From an uncultured bacterium (GTDB lineage: Bacteria; Patescibacteriota; Minisyncoccia; Phycocordibacterales; UBA9973), in contig CAITGV010000002.1 in assembly GCA_903892035.1 (NCBI GenBank), positions 65,714 to 129,713 of the forward strand: a DNA stretch of 64,000 nucleotides. Direction: 5' to 3'. Below are positions 19,663 to 28,390 of this stretch, piece by piece. The notes beneath the pieces were generated by a model. That model did not search any database, was not told the DNA's origin, and saw only the letters and a program-made list of their open reading frames with translations. A program made the position numbers and the translations under genes. Numbering within the stretch: position 1 is the first letter of the stretch; the number at the start of each line of letters is the position of its first letter.

Positions 19663-19801
19663 AAATAATTCCTAAATACTAGCATTTTTTGCCAAATTTT
19701 AGAAGTATTTTTCCTCAACTCTCACCTCTTTACAAATCCCCCACTTTTGTGTTATTATATCAATTCGTTAAATAAAATTCTTTCACAAAAAAACAAAAAA
19801 T

Positions 19802-20263
19802 ATGATTAAAAAATTGAAATTTATAGTCCTTGGACTATTTAGTGTGAAAACACCCGAAACCCAGATTAAAAAAAGTGTAATAAGAAATCCACTTATTATA
19901 AAAACATTAAGTGAAATTGAAACTGGTAAATTGCCAGATTCACCACTTGAAACTAGAAAATGCGTTACCGTGAAAGTATTCTGGCATGGTGATGAAAAAA
20001 TTTTCTTTAGATTAGCTGAAAATCCAATTTTCAGAGGTGACAATTCACTCACTCGTGAACAACATAGAGATATTGTTCACAGATTCATGGTGGAACTTGA
20101 AAGTTTTGGTCTCTACACTAGTGCTTACACTTTAATTGTAATTTTTGGAGGAATTATTGAAATAGATAATAATCTTAAAATTACAATTGTTGACGGAAGT
20201 GAGGGTTACCCTGATGCAGTGGACCTAAAAACAACAAAAAAACTATTGGGTATTTCTAACTAA
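19802..20263 (+). CDS. hypothetical protein
   Basis: 153-aa ORF followed by an intrinsic terminator. Confidence 0.45.
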   Translation: MIKKLKFIVLGLFSVKTPETQIKKSVIRNPLIIKTLSEIETGKLPDSPLETRKCVTVKVFWHGDEKIFFRLAENPIFRGDNSLTREQHRDIVHRFMVELESFGLYTSAYTLIVIFGGIIEIDNNLKITIVDGSEGYPDAVDLKTTKKLLGISN

Positions 20264-20284
20264 CCCAATACAATTAACAACAAG

Positions 20285-20314
20285 GGAACCCTAAGCTTGC
20301 GCGGGTTCCTTTTT
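20285..20314 (+). terminator. rho-independent terminator (ggaaccc-N11-gggttcc then TTTTT)
   Basis: 7-bp GC stem, 11-nt loop, T5 run directly after ORF 19802..20263. Confidence 0.7.
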
Positions 20315-20340
20315 GCATTTTTCTGTTAAAATGTTATAAT
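20313..20340 (+). promoter_or_regulatory. sigma-70-like promoter TTGCAT-N16-TATAAT for tRNA-Glu
   Basis: Near-consensus hexamers about 25 bp upstream of tRNA 5' end. Confidence 0.6.
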
Positions 20341-20365
20341 CCACCGAGTGTTTTTAAGCAATTTT

Positions 20366-20438
20366 GGCCCTATCGTCTAACGGTTAGGACGGATCCTTTT
20401 CAAGGATTAAATCAGAGTTCGATTCTCTGTAGGGTCAC
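20366..20438 (+). tRNA. tRNA-Glu (anticodon TTC)
   Basis: Cloverleaf: acceptor GGCCCTA/TAGGGTC, anticodon loop TTTTCAA, T-loop GTTCGATTC. Confidence 0.85.
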
Positions 20439-20498
20439 AAAATTTGACTACATTTTAAATGTATGTTAAAGTTCAAAAAAATTTAATACTACTCGAAA

Positions 20499-20972
20499 AT
20501 GAAAAAAATTATTCCGGATTATAGTGAGCTGTGGCTCATTATTTCCAAATTAAGACAAGAAGGTAAAAAAATAATTTTTACCACGGGCGTCTTCGATGCA
20601 GAATTGCACGAAGGACACCTGAAGTACCTCAAGCTTTGTAAGGAGCTAGGGGGAATACTTTTTGTTGGAATACATTCCGACAACCTTACAAAAGAAAGGA
20701 AGGGATTAAATCGTCCCCTACTTAATGAAAATATTAGGGCTAGAAATGTTTTGTCTGTGGATTGCGTTGATTATGTTTTTATCATTCCAAGTCAAGGAGA
20801 CGTTTACACGACAATTGATGATATTAAACCAGATATACTGGCAGTATCAGAGACCACAAAAGACTACGCAAATAGTCCGAAAACAATGATCAAATTGTTT
20901 GGAGAAGACATGGAAGTAATTACATTTCCTGCTCAATCAGACATTCACACTTCGGATTTATTTTCGAAGTAA
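20499..20972 (+). CDS. cytidylyltransferase-family (HIGH nucleotidyltransferase; HldE domain II / glycerol-3-P cytidylyltransferase-like)
   Basis: TTGVFDAELHEGHLKYL HxGH-type motif; about 150 aa. Confidence 0.7.
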   Translation: MKKIIPDYSELWLIISKLRQEGKKIIFTTGVFDAELHEGHLKYLKLCKELGGILFVGIHSDNLTKERKGLNRPLLNENIRARNVLSVDCVDYVFIIPSQGDVYTTIDDIKPDILAVSETTKDYANSPKTMIKLFGEDMEVITFPAQSDIHTSDLFSK

Positions 20973-21018
20973 AATTTCCACCCACAATCATTAATGGCAC
21001 CCATCCTGGGTGTCATTT

Positions 21019-21468
21019 TTATTCCTCATTTTCGTAAAGTGGATGCAGATGCGCAGAGATACCGATTGCAGCGGCGATAATAACGAGGTTTTTAATTATA
21101 TATTGGCCTTCGAGAGTTGGCACCGCAAATGCTTGCCATGTAACTTCTGGAAGAAAAATAAGAGGCATAAAGGTAGTAATCATATGAATCAATAAAAGTG
21201 GCATTACAATACGTTCAGCACCTTTTACTAAAAATAGAATACCAATAAGTATTTCATATACACCAAAAAGAATTAAGAAGGTTGGAAAATCAATAAAGTG
21301 AATAGTTTTATTGAAAAGCTCCTCAACAAGACCGCTTGCTGGTGAAAGTCCGACAACTTTTAAAATCCCAAACCAAAAGAAAACAACAAAAATTCCAAAA
21401 CGTGCAATAGGTTCTGAGACCTTTTTAAAAAAATAAATAAGCTTTAAATCAATATTTTTCAAATTCAT
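21019..21468 (-). CDS. small integral membrane protein (DoxX/DUF417-like)
   Basis: Four hydrophobic helices. Confidence 0.5.
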   Translation of the reverse strand: MNLKNIDLKLIYFFKKVSEPIARFGIFVVFFWFGILKVVGLSPASGLVEELFNKTIHFIDFPTFLILFGVYEILIGILFLVKGAERIVMPLLLIHMITTFMPLIFLPEVTWQAFAVPTLEGQYIIKNLVIIAAAIGISAHLHPLYENEE

Positions 21469-21540
21469 TCAAATATCATACCATTTTAGTTTTGAAATAA
21501 AAATGGTAATATCACGCAAGGTGACAATTTGAAGCATACT

Positions 21541-21627
21541 GGAGAGATGGCTGAGTGGTTGAAGGCACCGCTCTCGAAAAGCGGCAGGGGTGAAAGCTCC
21601 TCGAGGGTTCAAATCCCTCTCTCTCCG
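21541..21627 (+). tRNA. tRNA-Ser (anticodon CGA)
   Basis: Long variable arm, anticodon loop CTCGAAA, high similarity to canonical tRNA-Ser. Confidence 0.85.
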
Positions 21628-21659
21628 CCTTTGATTGCAGTAAATTTATTGTAGGCGAC

Positions 21660-22064
21660 TTATTTAAAGTTTATTATAAAACTATACATTCCCATTCCGC
21701 AGGTTCCATTTAAAGGTACTCCGGATTTTGGTATACCCAAATCAATGACTTCTTCACCAGTCTGTTTTAAAACCTTTCTATATCCGATTGAATTTATTGT
21801 TAGTGATGCAGAACAGTCATATGTGCCGTCGGTTTTAACAATTAATTTTGTCGGTATTCCACCTTGCGCATCGGTGACTATTGGTGAATAACCTCCTTTT
21901 GCTTCAATATTTATATATTGAACCCCATCTTTCATTGAAATATTTGGAAGAGTATTGGCAGTGTCAGCTGGATTTTTTTTATTCAACTTTGCTCCACCAA
22001 TAAAAATAATGCCTATAACTATTACCAACGCACTAGAAATTATAATTGACGTTGTTTTATTCAT
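21660..22064 (-). CDS. cupredoxin-like (Cupredoxin_1/EfeO-type) secreted copper-binding protein
   Basis: N-terminal TM/signal, then IEAKGGYSP...DCSASLTINSIGY...CGMGMY resembling cupredoxin_1 proteins of copper operons. Start taken at internal Met (MNKTTS), which abuts the upstream gene. Confidence 0.55.
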   Translation of the reverse strand: MNKTTSIIISSALVIVIGIIFIGGAKLNKKNPADTANTLPNISMKDGVQYINIEAKGGYSPIVTDAQGGIPTKLIVKTDGTYDCSASLTINSIGYRKVLKQTGEEVIDLGIPKSGVPLNGTCGMGMYSFIINFK

Positions 22065-22065
22065 A

Positions 22066-23052
22066 CTAAATATTAAATAATGGATTAATAATACCAATAC
22101 CTGCAAGACCACCGAGTAAAGCAAAAAATCCAAGACCAATTACAACTATACCTGCTGATTTAAAAAATACTGGTGCATATTTTGAATGCGCAAAGGACAT
22201 AGATCCAAATGACAACAAAGAAAGAACTGGCAATGTCCCAAAAGCAAAAGCGAGCATTATTAGAAATCCTGAAGTAAATGTTCCACTACCAAGGGCTGCG
22301 ACTTGCATTGACTGAGTAAAACCACAGGGCAAGAAAAAAGTACCAATACCAATTATTATTGGTGCAAGAGTTGCATGTTCAACTTTCCTAAAAAATCCAA
22401 AAATATTACTAGGTAATGTAACTTTATTTTTCTTGAATACTCCGACAAGATTAAGCCCAAGCATTATCATTACAATAGATGCAAGAAGTCCTAGTATTGC
22501 GGAGAAAATAAAACTTACTCCAATTGCTTTACCTATAAAACCAAGCACTCCTCCAAGGACAGCGAAACCCAAAAGTCTACCCGCATGAAATAAAACAAAT
22601 TGTCTTTTACTAGTCTTTGCATTTTCATCTTGAGAAATTTTTGTAGAAAGTGAAAGTATAAGCCCACCAACTATTGCAAGGCAACTTGAGAGCGAAGCAA
22701 TAAGTCCGATAATAAATGCGGTTACAGGAGTCGTAGTGCCACCAATGCCAAGATTTAGTATTCCTGATTTTTGTAAAAGAAAAAATAAAATAAGAAAACC
22801 AAGACCTACAGGTATAGCTGTCCAAATAGTATTGTCGTTTTCTTTTTGGATATTTTTCTTAAATGAAACAATATATCCATTATTTTTTAATTCACCATTT
22901 AGTAGTAAAAGTAATTCTTCAGCATTTTTTTCACTTTCAACTTCAATAATTTCTTTCTTCAAATCCACCTTTGAATTCGGAACTATATCCTCAATCAAAA
23001 TCTTACACGACGCACAATGTGTCCCCGAAACATTAAATGTGTATTTGTTCAT
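22066..23052 (-). CDS. HMA (heavy-metal-associated) domain fused to DsbD_2/CcdA-like membrane protein
   Basis: N-terminal GTHCASCK HMA motif; six TM helices with conserved Cys (LSSCLAIVGG, FLPCGF). Confidence 0.65.
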   Translation of the reverse strand: MNKYTFNVSGTHCASCKILIEDIVPNSKVDLKKEIIEVESEKNAEELLLLLNGELKNNGYIVSFKKNIQKENDNTIWTAIPVGLGFLILFFLLQKSGILNLGIGGTTTPVTAFIIGLIASLSSCLAIVGGLILSLSTKISQDENAKTSKRQFVLFHAGRLLGFAVLGGVLGFIGKAIGVSFIFSAILGLLASIVMIMLGLNLVGVFKKNKVTLPSNIFGFFRKVEHATLAPIIIGIGTFFLPCGFTQSMQVAALGSGTFTSGFLIMLAFAFGTLPVLSLLSFGSMSFAHSKYAPVFFKSAGIVVIGLGFFALLGGLAGIGIINPLFNI

Positions 23053-23055
23053 AAA

Positions 23056-25320
23056 TTATATTTTCACTCCTTTAATTCTAAGTGAGTTCGACACCACACT
23101 TACACTACTAAACGCCATTGCAAGTCCTGCAAATACTGGCGATAAAAGCCAACCAAATATCGGGAAGAAAAGTCCTGCGGCCAAAGGTATACCTATTATA
23201 TTATATATGAAAGCCCAGAAAAGATTTTGCTTTATACCACGCATAGTTATCTTTGAAAGCTTGATTGCTTTTACGAGCTTGGAAATATCCCCTCCTAAAA
23301 GCGTAATGCCTGCTGACTCTATTGCAACATCGGTGCCAGTGCCCATTGCTATACCCACGTCAGCTATAGCGAGCGCTGGTGCATCATTTACGCCGTCTCC
23401 TGCCATAGCAACAACATGACCTTTTGATTGTAATTCTTTAATTTTTTTCAATTTATCGGCAGGCATTACATGTGCCACGACTTCATCAATTCCAACAAGC
23501 CCTGCAATATATTTTGCATTTTTTTCATCATCACCTGTAACCATAACTACCTTAATTCCAAGCTTATGCAGATCGGTGATTGCTTGCTTTGATTCAGCTT
23601 TTATCTCATCAGCAACCATTACAAAACCCAAAACCTCCTTCTTTGTTGCAAGAATTACTGGAGTCTTACCTTCAGATGTAAATTGTTCAATTTGTTTTTT
23701 ATCAAAATTAATTCCCAAACTTTCTATCAAATTTACATTTCCTGCGAAATATTCTACGCCTTCAATAGTTCCTTTTAATCCTTTACCAGATATACTTTCA
23801 AAATTTGAAATTTCTTTTGTTTGAATATTTTCTTTTTTTGCGTAATTTAAAATTGCATGAGCTATTGGATGTTCAGATTTATTTTCAAGTGACACTAGTA
23901 TAGAAAAATATTCTTGTTGAAGTTTGACTTCAACAACAGTTGGCTTACCGATTGTAATTGTTCCTGTCTTGTCTACTATTACCGTATCTACTTTATGTAA
24001 TTTTTCCAGAGTAGAAGCATCTTTTATTAAAATTCCTTCTTTCGCACCCTTACCGACACCCACAATAATTGCGGTAGGTGTAGCAAGACCAAGAGCACAA
24101 GGACAAGCAATAACCAAAACTGCAACAAAAGAACTTAGTCCATACGATAACGCTTGAGCAAAACCCATTGAACCACTTCCAAACAATATCCACATACCCA
24201 AAGTCAAAAATGCAATTACTAAAACAACTGGCACAAAAACTGCGGAAATTTTATCAGCAAGAGCTTGTATTGGGGCTTTTGAATTTTGCGCTTCCTCAAC
24301 CATTTTTATGATATGTGCAAGCATTGTTTCGTCTCCAACTTTTGTTGCTTTGAAAATAAAACTGCCAGTTGTATTTATTGTTCCAGACACAACACTGTCG
24401 CCCACTTTTTTCTCTGCAGGCATCGGCTCGCCTGTAATCATTGATTCGTCTATATATGATGACCCTTCCACCATAATTCCATCAACAGGAATTTTTGCGC
24501 CGGGTTTTATTATTATCAAATCTCCATGAACTACTTCACTCACGGGAATTTCAATTCCTGCCCAGTAGGAAGTACTCTTTCCTTCGGGGTCTGTGCCATC
24601 TCTAACCACACGAGCGGTCTTTACTTGTAAATTTAAAAGTTTTTCTATTGCATCTCCTGTTTTTAATTTTGATCTTGTTTCAAGATATTTTCCAAGGGCA
24701 ATAAAAGTTATGACAATAATAGTTACATCAAAATATGTATTAGAAACATTTGGAAAATTTTTCAAAAGTGTTTCTTCAAAGGCACCAACTATAAAACTAT
24801 AAATATAAGCAACAGAAGTTCCTATACCAATCAATGTGTCCATATTTGCTTTTCCATATCGCAAAAATCTATAAACTCCAAGTAAATAAGGTTTCCCAAC
24901 AACAAAAAGAGTGTAAGTCGCCATTACTGGCATTAAATGATGAAAAAATTCACTCCAGAGTAGTGACATAGGAGAAACAATATTTAATTGCGCAAAAATA
25001 TCCCAACCCATAATAAAAAAACTTATTATAGCTAGTGGAATAACAGAAAAAACTTTCACTTTCTTATTTTTCAATTCTATATATTTGTCATCTTTTTTAA
25101 TATTAATTTCCGAAGACGAAAGTGAGTAACCAAGTGGATTTAATTTATTATTTAAAATTTCTATATTCACATTATTATTTGAATAAATTTTTGCATTCTC
25201 TGTCCCTGGATTAACTTCAACTTTTTCTACACCATCGATTTTTTTGACAGTTCTTTCAATAATGCTTGCACAAGAAGCACAATGCATACCTTTTACTTTA
25301 TAAATTCTTGTATTATTCAT
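23056..25320 (-). CDS. copA: copper-translocating P1B-type ATPase CopA
   Basis: [11 protein letters not shown] domain, [27 protein letters not shown]. Confidence 0.9.
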   Translation of the reverse strand: MNNTRIYKVKGMHCASCASIIERTVKKIDGVEKVEVNPGTENAKIYSNNNVNIEILNNKLNPLGYSLSSSEINIKKDDKYIELKNKKVKVFSVIPLAIISFFIMGWDIFAQLNIVSPMSLLWSEFFHHLMPVMATYTLFVVGKPYLLGVYRFLRYGKANMDTLIGIGTSVAYIYSFIVGAFEETLLKNFPNVSNTYFDVTIIVITFIALGKYLETRSKLKTGDAIEKLLNLQVKTARVVRDGTDPEGKSTSYWAGIEIPVSEVVHGDLIIIKPGAKIPVDGIMVEGSSYIDESMITGEPMPAEKKVGDSVVSGTINTTGSFIFKATKVGDETMLAHIIKMVEEAQNSKAPIQALADKISAVFVPVVLVIAFLTLGMWILFGSGSMGFAQALSYGLSSFVAVLVIACPCALGLATPTAIIVGVGKGAKEGILIKDASTLEKLHKVDTVIVDKTGTITIGKPTVVEVKLQQEYFSILVSLENKSEHPIAHAILNYAKKENIQTKEISNFESISGKGLKGTIEGVEYFAGNVNLIESLGINFDKKQIEQFTSEGKTPVILATKKEVLGFVMVADEIKAESKQAITDLHKLGIKVVMVTGDDEKNAKYIAGLVGIDEVVAHVMPADKLKKIKELQSKGHVVAMAGDGVNDAPALAIADVGIAMGTGTDVAIESAGITLLGGDISKLVKAIKLSKITMRGIKQNLFWAFIYNIIGIPLAAGLFFPIFGWLLSPVFAGLAMAFSSVSVVSNSLRIKGVKI

Positions 25321-25343
25321 ATATTTATAGTGAGATTGTCGAA

Positions 25344-25607
25344 CTATTTTCTTTTCAAACGATAGACCTTTAGTATTTCTTGTTTCGCTTTTACCTCTTT
25401 GCCTTTACGTATTTGATCCACAACACAACATCCGAGATGCTCTTCCATAAGCACATCTTCTACACCAGAAAGAGCCTGCTTTACAGCAGACGTTTGTGTA
25501 ATGACGTCAATACAGTAAATATCTTTTTCAATCATTTCTTGAAGTCCTCTCACCTGCCCTTCAATAATTTTTAATCTGCGCACGAGTTTCAATTTATTTT
25601 TATCCAT
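25344..25607 (-). CDS. csoR: CsoR/RcnR-family metal-sensing transcriptional repressor
   Basis: [16 protein letters not shown] and C...H...C ligand pattern. ORF track starts at 25628 inside the operator palindrome; Met at 25607 (MDKNKLK) preferred. Confidence 0.8.
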   Translation of the reverse strand: MDKNKLKLVRRLKIIEGQVRGLQEMIEKDIYCIDVITQTSAVKQALSGVEDVLMEEHLGCCVVDQIRKGKEVKAKQEILKVYRLKRK

Positions 25608-25615
25608 ACTAAAAG

Positions 25616-25638
25616 CATATACCCCCATAGGGTATATG
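25616..25638. promoter_or_regulatory. candidate CsoR operator: catataccc-N5-gggtatatg palindrome overlapping a TTGACA -35 box
   Basis: 9-bp perfect inverted arms, GC-rich core of the TACCC-N-GGGTA type, located 9-30 bp upstream of the csoR start on the minus strand. Confidence 0.6.
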
Positions 25639-25676
25639 TCAAATAATAAAGCTGCTTTTTTATTTATATAATTAAA

Positions 25677-27119
25677 TTATTTTTCTAAAGTACAAATCTT
25701 CTTACTCAATAAATGACCGTTTTCATTTACATCATAAATTAAAATATTACAAAAAATCATTTCCACATTTTGAATTTCCTCATCTGAAATATTTTCAATA
25801 TATTTCATCAATGCTCGTATCGCATTACCGTGAGATACCATCAATACATTTTTACCGTCCTTCAGCAAAGGTAGTATTTTTTCCAAATAAAATGGAACTA
25901 CGCGATCATAAACCATTTTCAAAGTTTCTCCATTTGGTACTGGGTAGTCCCAGCCACGACGTAATTTTTCAAATTCCTCTTCACCAATTAATTTCTCTAC
26001 TTCCCATTTATTTTTCCCAGTATAATCACCGTAACTTCTTTCATTTAGTGCACTTACGTGCTCAGTAGGTACATCATACTGACAATCTTCATCTAAAATA
26101 CATGTTAGAGTTTCAATAGAGCGGACTTGCATAGAAGCAAAAGCGTAGTCAAATTTTACATCTTTAATTAATTTTCCCAATTCTTCAGAAAGCTCGAAAC
26201 CTTTTGGGGTAAGATGAATGTCTCGTGAGCCAGTCCAAAGTCCCTTTTCATTCCACTCCGATTCTTGGTGTCGTGCCACATACAATTTACCCATTTTTTT
26301 AATATTTTCACATTTATCTTCAAAACAAATCGTCAGTTTTTTATTGGGATGATTTTCACTTTCTAAGATAATTTTATTCATCATATCTACTGCTTCAACT
26401 GGATATTTCCCAATTGCCGTTTCTTCTGAAAGCATCACAGCACTTGTACCTTCGACAATAGCGTCAGCAACATCAGAAACTTCAGCTCTTTCCGGTGTAG
26501 AATTATTTGTCATTGATAACATCATCTCTGTTGCGACAATTACAGGAATTTTTGCTATATTTGTTTTTGCAACTATAGATGCTTGAATAAATGGAATTTG
26601 CTCAAGTGGTATTTCTTTACCCAAATCCCCTCTTGCGATCATTATAGCATCTGAAACCGCAATAATTTCATCTATATTATCTACAGCAATTTTTCTTTCA
26701 ATTTTTGAAATTAATTTAATTTTTCCAGCAAATTCCTTAATGGCATTTTTATATGAAATTACATCATCTGCAGAACCAACAAATGATGCAGCTACATAAT
26801 CAAAATTATTTTTTATACCAAAAGCCAAATGCTTTTTATCTTCATCATTTATAGTAGAACTTTCTGTCCTGTCGTATGTATGTGAACTATCTAACTGAAT
26901 TCGAGGACCTGGTAAATCTTGTAACAAAAATATTTTCTTATTGTATTTTTTTTCAACTTCTCGAATCATTTCAATTTGCTTCATTCGAGTCTCATCGTCT
27001 ACCCATGAAAAATTGAAGCGAACAATATCGAGCCCAGCTTCAACCATTTTCGAAAAAACCTCAATACTACTTGATGCTGGACCAATAGTAGCAATAATTT
27101 TAACTTTTTTATTTTCCAT
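25677..27119 (-). CDS. fusion protein: pyruvate kinase A-domain (no B or C domain) plus 2,3-BPG-dependent phosphoglycerate mutase (histidine phosphatase)
   Basis: N-terminal half matches the PK barrel (KIIATIGPAS, MIARGDLG, ATEMMLSM, MLSEETA) but lacks the lid and C domain. C-terminal half has dPGM motifs (ARHQESEWNEKGLWTGSRDIHLTPKG, MVSHGNAIRAL). Confidence 0.75.
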   Translation of the reverse strand: MENKKVKIIATIGPASSSIEVFSKMVEAGLDIVRFNFSWVDDETRMKQIEMIREVEKKYNKKIFLLQDLPGPRIQLDSSHTYDRTESSTINDEDKKHLAFGIKNNFDYVAASFVGSADDVISYKNAIKEFAGKIKLISKIERKIAVDNIDEIIAVSDAIMIARGDLGKEIPLEQIPFIQASIVAKTNIAKIPVIVATEMMLSMTNNSTPERAEVSDVADAIVEGTSAVMLSEETAIGKYPVEAVDMMNKIILESENHPNKKLTICFEDKCENIKKMGKLYVARHQESEWNEKGLWTGSRDIHLTPKGFELSEELGKLIKDVKFDYAFASMQVRSIETLTCILDEDCQYDVPTEHVSALNERSYGDYTGKNKWEVEKLIGEEEFEKLRRGWDYPVPNGETLKMVYDRVVPFYLEKILPLLKDGKNVLMVSHGNAIRALMKYIENISDEEIQNVEMIFCNILIYDVNENGHLLSKKICTLEK

Positions 27120-28371
27120 AATTTAAAATTATATTATTAATTTCCATTAGTCTATTGTATTTCGCTACTCGTTCACCTCTCGCAAGTGATCCAAATTTAG
27201 CTAAATCACAAGACAAACCTACTGCCAAGTCAGCAATAAATGTATCAGTAGTATCACCAGATCGGTGCGAGATAAAGGTCTTCCATCCAACCTCATTTGC
27301 AAATAAAATTGCATCTATAGTTTCAGATAGTGTTCCAATTTGATTTGGTTTTATTAAAGCAGAAGTGACTGAATTATTTTCATTTGCAATTTTCATCCTT
27401 GAAACATTTGTGACCAATAAATCATCTCCAACAATTTCTACTTTATTTAACAATTTATTTTTTAACTTTGCAAAACCTACAAAACTATCCTCTGCTAAAC
27501 CATCTTCAATGGTAATAATTGGATTTGTATTACATAGGTCCACATACCATTCAATTAATTTATCTTCATCCAAGACTTTATTTTCACCATTAATTTTAAT
27601 TTCATAATTACCATTTTTGTAAAAATTCGAGGCTGCTGCATCAATTCCAATTTTAATAAGATTTGTATTATAACCTGCATTATTAATTGCCTTTTCAATA
27701 TAGTCAAAAACTATTTCATTTGTCGCAAGTTTTGGGGCAAAACCACCTTCATCACCCAGACTTACTGCATAACCGTCTTTCTTTAATATTTTTTTTAACT
27801 CAAAAATGATTTCTGAAATTGCTTGAATTTTTTTATTAAAATCTAAAATACCTACTGCACCTATCATAAATTCTTGAATATCAATACCACTGTCAGCATG
27901 AGCACCACCATTTAAAATATTGAACATTGGTTCTGGTATTTTAAATTGATTTTTTTCAGCAAGAGAACCAAGATACTCAAATAATTCAATATTTTTATTT
28001 TTTGCAGAAGCACGAGCAAAAGCAAGGGACACACCAAGTATTGCATTGCTTCCAAGTCTTTTTTTGTTTACTGTTCCATCGAGCTCAATTAAAAATTTAT
28101 CTAAACTCCTTTGGTCAAAATCATGCCCTACAATTTTTTCTGAAATTTCTTTATTACAATTATCAACTGCATTTAGTACCCCTTTGCCACCATATCGAGT
28201 ACTATCACCATCACGAAGCTCCCAAGCCTCGTGTATTCCTGTACTTGCCCCAGAAGGCACAGACGCTGTGCCATTTACTCCATTCACACCGATATTTACC
28301 TCAATGGTCGGATTGCCACGAGAATCTATAATTTCCCTTGCATTTAAGTAGGTTATTTTTTCCATTCCCAT
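27109..28371 (-). CDS. eno: enolase
   Basis: Enolase N-terminal REIIDSRGNPTIEV and C-terminal IKPNQIGTLSET signature. Confidence 0.95.
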   Translation of the reverse strand: MGMEKITYLNAREIIDSRGNPTIEVNIGVNGVNGTASVPSGASTGIHEAWELRDGDSTRYGGKGVLNAVDNCNKEISEKIVGHDFDQRSLDKFLIELDGTVNKKRLGSNAILGVSLAFARASAKNKNIELFEYLGSLAEKNQFKIPEPMFNILNGGAHADSGIDIQEFMIGAVGILDFNKKIQAISEIIFELKKILKKDGYAVSLGDEGGFAPKLATNEIVFDYIEKAINNAGYNTNLIKIGIDAAASNFYKNGNYEIKINGENKVLDEDKLIEWYVDLCNTNPIITIEDGLAEDSFVGFAKLKNKLLNKVEIVGDDLLVTNVSRMKIANENNSVTSALIKPNQIGTLSETIDAILFANEVGWKTFISHRSGDTTDTFIADLAVGLSCDLAKFGSLARGERVAKYNRLMEINNIILNYGK

Positions 28372-28390
28372 ATTTTATCATAAAAATAAT

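Noticed and set aside
22064-22139. 25-codon N-terminal extension of the cupredoxin-like ORF
   Set aside because: It overlaps the upstream gene; the internal Met gives a typical signal/TM start.
25608-25628. csoR start at 25628 as in the ORF track
   Set aside because: It would place the start codon inside the operator palindrome and promoter; Met at 25607 gives a normal CsoR N-terminus.
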